A program made the position numbers and the translations under genes. DNA of 32,000 nt from Candidatus Saccharimonadota bacterium. GTDB taxonomy: Bacteria > Patescibacteriota > Saccharimonadia > Saccharimonadales > Saccharimonadaceae. A model generated the notes under the pieces. The model was not told where the DNA came from. It was given only the letters and a program-made list of their open reading frames with translations, and did not search any database. Below are positions 1-8,441 of this stretch, piece by piece. The stretch spans positions 330,001 through 362,000 of the forward strand of contig CP064995.1 in NCBI GenBank assembly GCA_016700015.1, written 5' to 3'. Position 1 is the stretch's first letter; each line of letters starts with the position of its first letter.

Positions 1-1
1 G

Positions 2-1048
2 GCGCTGCCGGCCCGGTGGTATAACATCGGTCGGTTCTTACGTTACGAACGACCACAAAGGGGCAGGGAGCGCGAGTTTTGGCAGCTTAACTGCGATATA
101 TTCGGCTGCGATGGCGTGGCGGCAGAAGCCGAAATCATCACAATGGGCAGCGAAATCATGAAAGCGTTTGGCGCCAAAGACGACATGTTCACTATTCGTA
201 TTAATAACCGAAGTATCATCGACTATATGATGGCGCATTACCTGGGGCTGGACACCGTGCAGGCGCAGCTGATGATGAAACTGTTTGATCGGAAAAACAA
301 GATTGCACCCGAATCGTTTCGCGATCAAGCGATTGATATTTTTGGTCCCGAACAAGCTGCAGGTGGGCTGCAAAAAATAGCTCAGTTACTTGCCGCTCGA
401 ACGATGGCAGATCTACCCGAAAGTATCCGTGATAGCGAGCCGGTGCGCGATATTCAGGTGCTCTTTACCTACCTTGAGCGTGCCGGCATAAAAAACGCTG
501 TCTTTGATATCACACTGATGCGCGGCCTGGACTACTACACTGGAACAGTGTTTGAGTTTTATGACACCCATCCCGAGAACAGTCGCTCATTGTTTGGCGG
601 TGGTCGCTACGACGGTCTTGTGGGGCTATTTGGTGCCGAGCCGCTTAGTGCTGTAGGATTTGCTCCAGGGCTCACGATGATGCAGCTATTCCTTGATGCG
701 CATGATTTGCTGCCAACATTTCACTCGACGACCGATATTTATATGGTTGTGATCGGCGAAACAATGCGTGGCGCTATGCGACTTGCCGATGAGCTACGTG
801 CCGAAGGTGTCAATGTAGAACTCGACATCACTGATCGAAAACTTGATAAACAGCTAAAAACCGCAGCCAAGAAGGCTATTCCCTACATGCTATTTGTTGG
901 TGAAAAGGAACTAGACAGCGAAGTATACCCGCTGAAAAATACCATCAGTGGCGAAGAAAAGCAGCTCAGCGTTGCTAGGATTGTCAGTACAATTCGAGAC
1001 CATCGCCAGCGTGGTGAAGAAGAGTTCGACATCGCGTCGGAAGAGTAA
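2..1048 (+). CDS. hisS: histidine--tRNA ligase, 5' end cut by window edge
   Basis: The frame of the 116..1048 ORF stays open back to nt 2. Translation from the edge reads ALPARWYNIGRFLRYERPQRGREREFWQLNCDIFG, which is class II HisRS motif 2. GGGRYDGL occurs downstream. The C-terminal part is anticodon-binding-like (DIYMVVIG...IPYMLFVGEKELD). Stop TAA at 1046-1048. Confidence 0.93.
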   Translation, partial: ALPARWYNIGRFLRYERPQRGREREFWQLNCDIFGCDGVAAEAEIITMGSEIMKAFGAKDDMFTIRINNRSIIDYMMAHYLGLDTVQAQLMMKLFDRKNKIAPESFRDQAIDIFGPEQAAGGLQKIAQLLAARTMADLPESIRDSEPVRDIQVLFTYLERAGIKNAVFDITLMRGLDYYTGTVFEFYDTHPENSRSLFGGGRYDGLVGLFGAEPLSAVGFAPGLTMMQLFLDAHDLLPTFHSTTDIYMVVIGETMRGAMRLADELRAEGVNVELDITDRKLDKQLKTAAKKAIPYMLFVGEKELDSEVYPLKNTISGEEKQLSVARIVSTIRDHRQRGEEEFDIASEE

Positions 1049-1062
1049 GCTGCTTACGGCTA

Positions 1063-1091
1063 TTGACCCTAGCAAGGGGATTTGCCATAGT
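1063..1091 (+). promoter_or_regulatory. sigma70-type promoter TTGACC-17 nt-CATAGT, ending 8 nt before the pilin ATG
   Basis: -35 TTGACC at 1063-1068, a 17-nt spacer, and -10 CATAGT at 1086-1091. No SD lies between the -10 and ATG 1100. Confidence 0.4.
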
Positions 1092-1099
1092 AGAGCTAT

Positions 1100-1705
1100 A
1101 TGCGCATAGCTCAAAAAGGTTTCACACTTATCGAACTACTGGTGGTAATTGTAGTGATTGCGGTACTCGTGGCGGTGACCGCAACAATGTATCAGAATGC
1201 ACAGGTGCAAGCACGCGACACGCAGATCAAAGATGCTGCCGATAAGTTTGCTGATGCGATAATGCTATGGAGCGCAAATCATAACGGAGCAATACCTAGC
1301 GGCGGCTCGGCAACCGCAGGCACTAATGGTCTAAATGCGCAGAGTGATAACTGTATTACTGGTACGATAGGGTGGCAAGGTTACCGCGTCATTGATATCG
1401 CTGCCACGTATCAGTGTACGATCGGAGATGTGATGGTCGCCTCAGGGTACCTACCAGCAGAAATGTTTGATAAGTTACCGATCAATACAATCGCACTATC
1501 ACTATCAAACCGTCGCGTCTTTATGATTTATGGATGCCCGAGTAATACGTCATACAGAATCCTGATGTATACGCTCGAAGATCCAACAGCTGGGGACACC
1601 AGCAACTACAATCAGATACACACAAATTGCTCAACAAGCGCAGGTGACCTGACTAACTATCAAAACTATGGTATGCGTGCTGCAATTCTACTCAAGTTCG
1701 CCTAG
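1100..1705 (+). CDS. type IV pilin / pseudopilin-like protein (prepilin N-terminal cleavage-methylation motif)
   Basis: The N-terminus MRIAQKG|FTLIELLVVIVVIAVLVAVTA is the class III signal peptide (G-F-T-L-I-E) plus hydrophobic helix. The variable C-terminal globular part has two Cys pairs. Confidence 0.85.
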   Translation: MRIAQKGFTLIELLVVIVVIAVLVAVTATMYQNAQVQARDTQIKDAADKFADAIMLWSANHNGAIPSGGSATAGTNGLNAQSDNCITGTIGWQGYRVIDIAATYQCTIGDVMVASGYLPAEMFDKLPINTIALSLSNRRVFMIYGCPSNTSYRILMYTLEDPTAGDTSNYNQIHTNCSTSAGDLTNYQNYGMRAAILLKFA

Positions 1706-1716
1706 TGGCGTATTAG

Positions 1717-1725
1717 TGGTACAAT
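1717..1725 (+). promoter_or_regulatory. extended -10 promoter element TGgTACAAT upstream of tig
   Basis: TGG+TACAAT at 1717-1725, 8 nt before ATG 1734. No SD. The -35 is weak (TTCGCC). Confidence 0.4.
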
Positions 1726-1733
1726 AAGTCTTT

Positions 1734-3020
1734 ATGAAGACATCTGTAAAACACTTATCTGATACACGCGTTGTGGTGACTATCACTATTGGACAAGAAG
1801 AGTTAACTGCAGCCGAGCAGGTCGCGCTCAAAAAACTTGCTAAATCAACCAAAGTAGCTGGCTTTCGTAAAGGCCATGTGCCACTCGAGGTTGTGGCGAA
1901 GCATGTCGATCCCAATACTCTTGCACAGGAAACACTCGACAATGCGCTTAGTCGGTCGGTCGCCGAAGCGTTTCTTGGCCAAAACATTCAGGTACTCGAA
2001 CGCCCAGCGGTAGAAGTGAAAAAATTTGTACCGGGTAGCGAGCTTGAATTTACAGCTGAAGCTGACGTATTGCCCCATGTGGTACTGGGAGACTACAAGA
2101 AACTAAAGCCTCTCAAGACTTCAATTGAAGTCGCGGATACACACATTGAAGAGGTAGTAGAGCGTATCCGTAAGGGACTCGCGACGAAAAAAACTACCAA
2201 ACAAGCTGCTGTGCTTGGCGATGAAACCGTGATTGATTTTGTGGGCAAAAAAGACGACGTGGCATTCGATGGTGGTGCCGGCAATGATTATCCGCTGGTT
2301 CTTGGGAGCGGATCATTCATCCCGGGATTTGAAGATGCGCTTGTGGGGGCAAAGGCTGGAGAAAAGTTGGATATTCCACTAACATTCCCTAAAGACTACC
2401 AGGCAGAAGATTTGGCCGGTAAAAAGGTAGTCTTTAGTGTTACGGTAAAAAAAGTGAATAACATCGTGCTTCCCGAAGAAAATGACGAGTTTGCCGCTAA
2501 GGCCGGACCATTTACCAGTATGAAGGAGCTACGTACCGACATTCAATCGGAAATCACAGCCCAAAAAGAGCGTGAAGCTGCCGATGCAATGAAGGACGAT
2601 TTGGTGAAGCAGTTGATTGCTAAAAGTAAGGTTGCAGTGCCTGTGGTGCTCAAAGACGATCAAATTCGATCGATTGAACAGGATCTGACACAGAATTTGA
2701 TGTATCGCGGCATGACAATCGAGCAATACTTTGCACAGCAGGGCTATGCTGACCGCGATGCATGGGTCAAGGCCGAGGCGGATGAGCTGGCCGAAAACCG
2801 TATCAAAGCCGGACTTGTTCTTGCTGAGCTGAGTAAAGAACTCAAGATTGAAGCGACTGCAGATGAACTAGTCGCCCACCTTAATACCTACCGCCAGCAG
2901 TATGCCAACAACCCTGATATGGCTAAGCGGTTTGATGAGCCAGAAATACAGCGTGAAGTTGCAAACAGGCTCATTACCGAGAAAACTGTCGAGCAGCTAG
3001 TAGCGCTCAACAGTAAATAA
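1734..3020 (+). CDS. tig: trigger factor (ribosome-associated chaperone, PPIase)
   Basis: N-terminal ribosome-binding signature GFRKGHVP. Central FKBP-like segment (IDFVGKKDDVAFDGGAGNDYPLVLGSGSFIPGFEDALVG). Length of 428 aa is typical. Confidence 0.93.
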   Translation: MKTSVKHLSDTRVVVTITIGQEELTAAEQVALKKLAKSTKVAGFRKGHVPLEVVAKHVDPNTLAQETLDNALSRSVAEAFLGQNIQVLERPAVEVKKFVPGSELEFTAEADVLPHVVLGDYKKLKPLKTSIEVADTHIEEVVERIRKGLATKKTTKQAAVLGDETVIDFVGKKDDVAFDGGAGNDYPLVLGSGSFIPGFEDALVGAKAGEKLDIPLTFPKDYQAEDLAGKKVVFSVTVKKVNNIVLPEENDEFAAKAGPFTSMKELRTDIQSEITAQKEREAADAMKDDLVKQLIAKSKVAVPVVLKDDQIRSIEQDLTQNLMYRGMTIEQYFAQQGYADRDAWVKAEADELAENRIKAGLVLAELSKELKIEATADELVAHLNTYRQQYANNPDMAKRFDEPEIQREVANRLITEKTVEQLVALNSK

Positions 3021-3043
3021 TCTCCCAGGACTTGTGTTAACTG

Positions 3044-3076
3044 AAACACTTCGCCAGTTTGCCTGGCGAAGTGTTT
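3044..3076 (+). terminator. hairpin terminator after tig
   Basis: Perfect 14-bp stem aaacacttcgccag / ctggcgaagtgttt with a 5-nt loop tttgc. The right arm ends in TTT. Confidence 0.65.
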
Positions 3077-3086
3077 GCTATACACA

Positions 3087-3115
3087 TTGCGAGATATTAA
3101 AAAACATGATAGAGT
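3087..3115 (+). promoter_or_regulatory. candidate promoter TTGCGA-17 nt-TAGAGT
   Basis: Hexamers at 3087-3092 and 3110-3115, between the tig terminator and the next ORF. Confidence 0.35.
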
Positions 3116-3167
3116 ATCTTCCTAGAACTTGTACGCCAAGTGTACCTTCACGAGACAGGAGTTAAAA

Positions 3168-4157
3168 GTGCCAGAACAACTTCCCGTTGATGGGCAGTTA
3201 CTGCGTCTACAAGGCATGGTTCAATACCTGGCGCAGCATGCCGTCAAGCCGAAAGCTGAGATGGGCGCGCGTACATGGGAGCTTGTACCCGTCGTTCCCT
3301 ACAGGAGGGTCGATGGTGTAGTGGTCAGGCTAGGCCTCCGCTACACAGAGGCCGGGAACGATGTCGCAGCTGAACTACTAGTGGACAATCTGCTGGTTGA
3401 GTCTGCGATCATGATCAAGAATGGCCAGCTTGCAAACAGCTTCGGTAAGCCGCTCGGCTTTGGGTCCAGTGAAACCTACGACTTGATAAGCGCAGTTGAG
3501 CCAATGCTTGTCGCGATCCGTAAGTACCAGGTGAGCGAGAAGCAGCGGCGTGAAGATGCGCGACAACAGCGACTTGAGCGACTGATGATGCGCCTACGTA
3601 CACCACGAAGGTGGTTGAACCGACATCGCCGGGACGTCGTACCTACCATGATGCTTGGTGCGCTTGTCATTGCGGCAGTAATCGGCTTTGTTGCGTTGGC
3701 AAACCATAATCCAACAGCTTCATTTGATGCGGCACACTACACCATCGACGGAGGTACGGTTAGTACTGACGGCGAAACAGTGCACCCAGTGTACTCTCAG
3801 CAACTTGCCGAAAGCAAGGTGCTTGAGAATGTTCCAAGGGGATCTGTGAGGGTGGTTGGCGGGCTACGTGAGGTGTCGCTGGCGTTTCGTCGCGATTCAA
3901 GTCGGTGCAGCACGGTCGGAATTGAAGGTGATGTACCGGCTGATACCAAGCTAGTGAGTTGGATGGACGTGCAAGCAGTCGGAGTGGCAGATCCGTCACG
4001 GGATTTCACCATTCGACTGCAACGATCGACGCGCGAAGTGGTTGCGTGCTTCACTGGCGACATCGCCACGTATGACAAGCTCATTACCACGAAGCGCTAT
4101 GACCCACGAATCGTTTTCGATCTCGTGAGCGCGAGCGCTACAAGCAAGACTCCTTGA
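3168..4157 (+). CDS. hypothetical single-pass membrane protein (no recognisable family)
   Basis: I prefer the GTG at 3168, which has SD AGGAG (3157-3161) 6 nt upstream, over the ORF-track TTG at 3129, which has no SD. Arg-rich juxtamembrane stretch RTPRRWLNRHRRD followed by TM helix MMLGALVIAAVIGFVALA. Flanked by hairpin terminators on both sides. Confidence 0.7.
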   Translation: MPEQLPVDGQLLRLQGMVQYLAQHAVKPKAEMGARTWELVPVVPYRRVDGVVVRLGLRYTEAGNDVAAELLVDNLLVESAIMIKNGQLANSFGKPLGFGSSETYDLISAVEPMLVAIRKYQVSEKQRREDARQQRLERLMMRLRTPRRWLNRHRRDVVPTMMLGALVIAAVIGFVALANHNPTASFDAAHYTIDGGTVSTDGETVHPVYSQQLAESKVLENVPRGSVRVVGGLREVSLAFRRDSSRCSTVGIEGDVPADTKLVSWMDVQAVGVADPSRDFTIRLQRSTREVVACFTGDIATYDKLITTKRYDPRIVFDLVSASATSKTP

Positions 4158-4164
4158 TACCACA

Positions 4165-4195
4165 CCCCGGCAATCAGCCGGGGCACTCTTTTATT
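4165..4195 (+). terminator. intrinsic terminator
   Basis: Stem ccccggc / gccgggg with loop aatca, followed by cactcTTTTaTT. Confidence 0.7.
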
Positions 4196-4206
4196 AGCAC
4201 TCTGCA

Positions 4207-4235
4207 TTGACGAGTGCCAATAAGCGGCGTACAAT
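4207..4235 (+). promoter_or_regulatory. near-consensus promoter TTGACG-17 nt-TACAAT, 6 nt before the clpP ATG
   Basis: -35 at 4207-4212 and -10 at 4230-4235. ATG at 4242 with no SD, so a leaderless transcript is predicted. Confidence 0.55.
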
Positions 4236-4241
4236 AGTGCT

Positions 4242-4832
4242 ATGACGAAAAACTACCTTGTACCCAATGTGATTGTAAAAACTCGCGATGGTGAGCGCGG
4301 CTACGATATCTATTCACGGCTGCTCGAAGATCGCATCATTTTCCTCGGTGAAGACGTGAACGAGCATACCGCAAATGTTGTGGTCGCACAGCTACTGCAC
4401 CTTGCGAATGAAGATCCCACAAAAGATATCCACTTATACATCAATAGCCCAGGGGGTAGTGTGTATGATGGGCTGGCCATTTACGACACAATGAACCATA
4501 TCGCGCCAGACGTTGCCACTTACGGCATTGGCCTGCAAGCAAGTATGGGGGCGCTTCTTCTGAGTAGTGGCGCTAAAGGCAAGCGTCATTTGCTGCCTAA
4601 CGCGCGCGTCATGATTCACCAGCCGAGTAGCGGAACGCAAGGTAAGGTGACTGACCAAGAAATCAGTTTACGTGAAGCAATCGAACTGAAGGAGCGACTT
4701 GCGTCGATTATGGCAAAAAACACTGGTCAGAAGCTTGTTAAAGTCAAGGCTGATATGGAGCGCGATTTCTGGATGGGTGCTGAAGAAGCAAAAAAATACG
4801 GTGTTGTCGACACGGTACTTGCCGGTAAGTAA
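4242..4832 (+). CDS. clpP: ATP-dependent Clp protease proteolytic subunit
   Basis: [16 protein letters not shown] is present. Catalytic Ser lies in [11 protein letters not shown], His in MIHQPSSG, and Asp in MERDFWM. Confidence 0.96.
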   Translation: MTKNYLVPNVIVKTRDGERGYDIYSRLLEDRIIFLGEDVNEHTANVVVAQLLHLANEDPTKDIHLYINSPGGSVYDGLAIYDTMNHIAPDVATYGIGLQASMGALLLSSGAKGKRHLLPNARVMIHQPSSGTQGKVTDQEISLREAIELKERLASIMAKNTGQKLVKVKADMERDFWMGAEEAKKYGVVDTVLAGK

Positions 4833-4846
4833 GTACCAATTTTCTT
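4814..4846 (+). terminator. weak hairpin plus T-rich tract overlapping the clpP stop
   Basis: 7-bp stem ggtactt / aagtacc (4814-4820 / 4831-4837) with a 10-nt loop, followed by aaTTTTcTT. Confidence 0.3.
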
Positions 4847-4858
4847 CACAATAAGAGC

Positions 4859-4887
4859 TTGACACAATGACCTTCGCCAACTACAAT
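4859..4887 (+). promoter_or_regulatory. consensus promoter TTGACA-17 nt-TACAAT for rpoBC
   Basis: -35 at 4859-4864 and -10 at 4882-4887, leaving a leader of about 190 nt before rpoB. Confidence 0.6.
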
Positions 4888-5077
4888 GAGACCTAATGAA
4901 GATTGTGTAACGTGGGTCATTAAACATACCGCGCCTCTGGCGTGGCGTTTTGGTATGTGTGAGACCCTGCGTTCAGTAAAGCTTCGGCGCCAAAGCACCT
5001 GCAAGGACAGTGGTTGACCCACCCCTGTCACTTGATAACACACTATACTAATCTAACTCCATGCGAGAGGGAGTATT

Positions 5078-8000
5078 ATGCCAAAAGCGAAAGTTGCTAA
5101 TAGCACCGCACCGCTGCAGCGCGTCTTTTTTACAAATGACGACACTGCGCTCGAAGTTCCAAATCTCATCGCTCACCAGAAAGAGTCGTGGAAAGACTTT
5201 GTTGAAACTGGTCTGAGCGAGATTTTTGCCGAACTCAACCCCATAGAAGACTATACAGGCCAAAAGCTTGAGCTGCGCTTTAAGGATTACGCATTTCAAG
5301 AGCCAAAGAACCCAGAGCAGTTTGCGAAAGAAAACAACCTCACTTTCGATGCGCCACTGCTTGTCAATGTGGAACTAACAAACAAAGTCACTGGTGAAGT
5401 AAAAGAGCAGGAAATCTACCTCGGTGATTACCCATGGATGACCGATCGCGCCACCTTTGTTATTAACGGTACAGAGCGTGTGGTTGTAAGTCAGCTGATT
5501 CGCAGCGCCGGTGTCTTTTTCACTGCCGAGCGCGGTCTTGGCAAGAATCTTTACAGTGCAAAACTTATTCCTGGTCGTGGTGCGTGGCTGGAATTTGAAA
5601 CCGCCAGCAACGGCGCAATCTATGTCAAAATAGATCGCCGCCGCAAAATCGCCGTCACTACGCTGTTACGCGCTCTCGGCTACAGCAAAGTGAGCGAGAT
5701 TAAGGAACTCTTTAAAGATATCGACACCGGTGAAACCAAATATATTGATGCAACGCTTGAAAAAGATCCTAGTCATGGCGTCAACGAGGCTTTGATTGAA
5801 GTCTACCGCCGCCTGCGCCCAGGTGATCTGGCGACAGTCGATAACGCGCGCCAAATGATCGAGCGCATGTTCTATGACTTTAAGCGCTTTGACTATAGTC
5901 GGGTTGGTCGTTACAAAATGAACCAGCGCCTTGGGCTGAATTTGCCAAATACAACTGAGAACAGGGTATTCCAGTTGTCCGACCTTGTGGCAATCATCCG
6001 CGAGATCATTCGTCTTAATAACACTCAAGAGCCAGGCGACGATATCGACGCCCTCAGCAACCGCCGCGTCAAACTAGTCGGCGAACTGGTGGCTCGTCAG
6101 TTCCGTGTCGGCATGCTTCGTATGCAGCGCAACGCTATGGACCGTATGAGCATGAGCGACATTACCACAGTAACGCCAAGCCAACTTATCAATGCGCGCC
6201 CCGTGGTTGCCGCTGTTCGTGAATTCTTTGCCAGCAGCCAGCTCTCGCAGCTGCTCGACGAAGTGAACCCACTTTCAGAACTCAGCCACAAACGACGCCT
6301 TAGCAGTATGGGCCCCGGTGGACTAAGCCGTGAACGAGCCGGCTTTGATGTGCGCGATGCTCACCCAACACACTATGGACGAATCTGTAGCGTGGAAACG
6401 CCTGAAGGTGCCAACATTGGGCTTGTACTCAACCTCGCTAGCTATGCGCGTGTCAACGAATACGGTTTCGTAGAAACTCCTTATTTGAAAGTGAGTAACG
6501 GCAAGGTGACAGACGAAGTTGTGTACCTCGACGCCAGCCACGAAGTCACTGAAGTGATTGCTGATGCCGGTGCCGAGCTCGACAAAAACGGCAAATTTGT
6601 TGCCGAACGCGTGAGCGCTCGTAAGTTCCTAAAGCCAGGGCAAGTCGATGTGACTGAAGTCACATACATGGACGCCGCACACAAACAAATTTTGGGAAGC
6701 ACGGCTGCACTCGTGCCATTTATCGAGAAAAACCGTATTGACCGCTCGCTGACCGGTTCGAACATGCAGCGCCAGGCCGTACCGCTACTCACGCCAGAAG
6801 CGCCGATAGTTGGTACTGGTATTGAAGCCCAGGTCGCTCGCGACAGCAGTCAGTTGGTGGTTGCCGAAGCTGCCGGTGAAGTACTGCGTGCTGATGGCGA
6901 CGCTGTTGAAGTGGAATACAAAGCAGGTAAAAAAGTTTATAGTCTGATCCACTTTGCGAAAAGCAACGACGATCGCTCGATCAACCAGAAAGTCCGCGTA
7001 TCGCGCGGCGACAAAGTAAAGAAGGGCGACATACTCATCGAAGGCGCCAGCATTGCTCGCGGTGAAATCGCGCTCGGTAAAGATCTACTAGTTGCCTTCA
7101 TGCCATGGGCCGGGTACAACATGGACGACGCGGTTGTTATTAGCCGCCGGCTTGTTGAAGACGATAGCCTGACGAGCATTAATATTAAGGACTACAATGT
7201 TGAAGTCCGCGAAACCAAGCTAGGTCCAGAAATCGTCACCCGTGACATTCCAAATGTCAGCGAGGAGAGCCTGCGTCATCTCGATGAAGACGGTATCGTG
7301 CAAGTAGGAAGTGAAGTATCGGCTGGCGATGTGCTTGTTGGTAAGATTACCCCTAAGGGTGAGCAAGAACTCAGTTCCGAAGAGCGCCTTTTGCGAGCCA
7401 TCTTTGGAGAAAAGGCCAAAGACGTACGCGACACCAGCCAGCGTATGAACAACGCTGGTGGCGGTAAGGTTGTCGGTGTCAAGATCTTCAGCCGCGAGAA
7501 CGGTCACGAGCTAAAGGCTGGCGTGCTAATGCAAATTCAGATATTTGTTGCTCAGCTACGCAAGATTAGTGTTGGTGACAAGCTCGCTGGTCGCCACGGT
7601 AACAAGGGTGTTGTGGCACGTATTTTGCCACAAGAGGACATGCCATACATGGCCGACGGAACGCCAGTCGACATCGTGCTCAATCCGCTTGGTGTGCCAA
7701 GCCGTATGAACCTTGGCCAGCTATTTGAAACTCACCTTGGCATGGCAGCACGAGCTCTCGGCTATCATGTGGCAACACCACCTTTTAACGGTGTGCCAAA
7801 CACTGTTATCGAAAGTGAGCTAGTCAAAGCCGGCTTTACATCTGATGGTAAAAGTCAACTGTTCGATGGTCGCAGCGGTGAAGCGTTTGAAGAGCGAACC
7901 ACAGTTGGTGTGATGCACATGATTAAACTCCACCACATGGTGAGCGACAAGATCCACGCCCGCAGCACTGGCCCTTACACCATGGTTACGCAACAGCCAC

Positions 8001-8440
8001 TTGGCGGTAAAGCCCAAAATGGTGGTCAGCGCTTTGGTGAAATGGAAGTGTGGGCCCTCGAAGCATACGGTGCGGCCGCAACGCTGCAGGAAATGCTGAC
8101 GATCAAGTCTGACGATGTTTATGGTCGCGCTAAAGCCTACGAGAGCATCATTAAAGACGATGTGATCACCGGGCCGAAACTTCCAGAAAGCTTCAACGTG
8201 CTTGTGAAAGAACTTCAAGGTCTTGGCCTACGGGTTGACCTGATGGATGATAGCGAAACAATCGATGCAGAAAGTGTTATCGAGCAAAGCGGGCCAGAAG
8301 ATAAATCTGTGCCAGTACTTGATGACGAGCCAACTGAGTTTGTGCTCGATGAGGCCGATGACTTTGGTGATATCGATGAAGATGATGGCATGAGCATCCA
8401 GGACATTGACGAAATTGAAGAAATAAAGGAGGAGGCGTAA
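5078..8440 (+). CDS. rpoB: DNA-directed RNA polymerase subunit beta
   Basis: SD GAGGGAG upstream. Rif-cluster region FFASSQLSQLLDEVNPLSELSHKRRLSSMGPGGL. Also NMQRQAVP, GRHGNKGVV and GGQRFGEMEVWALEAYGAA. Confidence 0.98.
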   Translation: MPKAKVANSTAPLQRVFFTNDDTALEVPNLIAHQKESWKDFVETGLSEIFAELNPIEDYTGQKLELRFKDYAFQEPKNPEQFAKENNLTFDAPLLVNVELTNKVTGEVKEQEIYLGDYPWMTDRATFVINGTERVVVSQLIRSAGVFFTAERGLGKNLYSAKLIPGRGAWLEFETASNGAIYVKIDRRRKIAVTTLLRALGYSKVSEIKELFKDIDTGETKYIDATLEKDPSHGVNEALIEVYRRLRPGDLATVDNARQMIERMFYDFKRFDYSRVGRYKMNQRLGLNLPNTTENRVFQLSDLVAIIREIIRLNNTQEPGDDIDALSNRRVKLVGELVARQFRVGMLRMQRNAMDRMSMSDITTVTPSQLINARPVVAAVREFFASSQLSQLLDEVNPLSELSHKRRLSSMGPGGLSRERAGFDVRDAHPTHYGRICSVETPEGANIGLVLNLASYARVNEYGFVETPYLKVSNGKVTDEVVYLDASHEVTEVIADAGAELDKNGKFVAERVSARKFLKPGQVDVTEVTYMDAAHKQILGSTAALVPFIEKNRIDRSLTGSNMQRQAVPLLTPEAPIVGTGIEAQVARDSSQLVVAEAAGEVLRADGDAVEVEYKAGKKVYSLIHFAKSNDDRSINQKVRVSRGDKVKKGDILIEGASIARGEIALGKDLLVAFMPWAGYNMDDAVVISRRLVEDDSLTSINIKDYNVEVRETKLGPEIVTRDIPNVSEESLRHLDEDGIVQVGSEVSAGDVLVGKITPKGEQELSSEERLLRAIFGEKAKDVRDTSQRMNNAGGGKVVGVKIFSRENGHELKAGVLMQIQIFVAQLRKISVGDKLAGRHGNKGVVARILPQEDMPYMADGTPVDIVLNPLGVPSRMNLGQLFETHLGMAARALGYHVATPPFNGVPNTVIESELVKAGFTSDGKSQLFDGRSGEAFEERTTVGVMHMIKLHHMVSDKIHARSTGPYTMVTQQPLGGKAQNGGQRFGEMEVWALEAYGAAATLQEMLTIKSDDVYGRAKAYESIIKDDVITGPKLPESFNVLVKELQGLGLRVDLMDDSETIDAESVIEQSGPEDKSVPVLDDEPTEFVLDEADDFGDIDEDDGMSIQDIDEIEEIKEEA

Positions 8441-8441
8441 T

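Noticed and set aside
38-373. 111-aa minus-strand ORF at the window start
   Set aside because: It is antisense to hisS, whose motif 2 is unambiguous in the plus frame.
3378-4090. Cluster of five 62-97-aa minus-strand ORFs
   Set aside because: All are antisense to the 3168-4157 CDS. They are best explained by locally high GC, which reduces stop-codon frequency. Their Arg/Ser/Ala-rich translations are typical of non-coding frames.
6240-6330. Checked the RpoB rifampicin-resistance cluster I for resistance substitutions
   Set aside because: Residues equivalent to E. coli D516, H526 and S531 are all wild-type (SQLSQLLDEVNPLSELSHKRRLSS), so there is nothing unusual.
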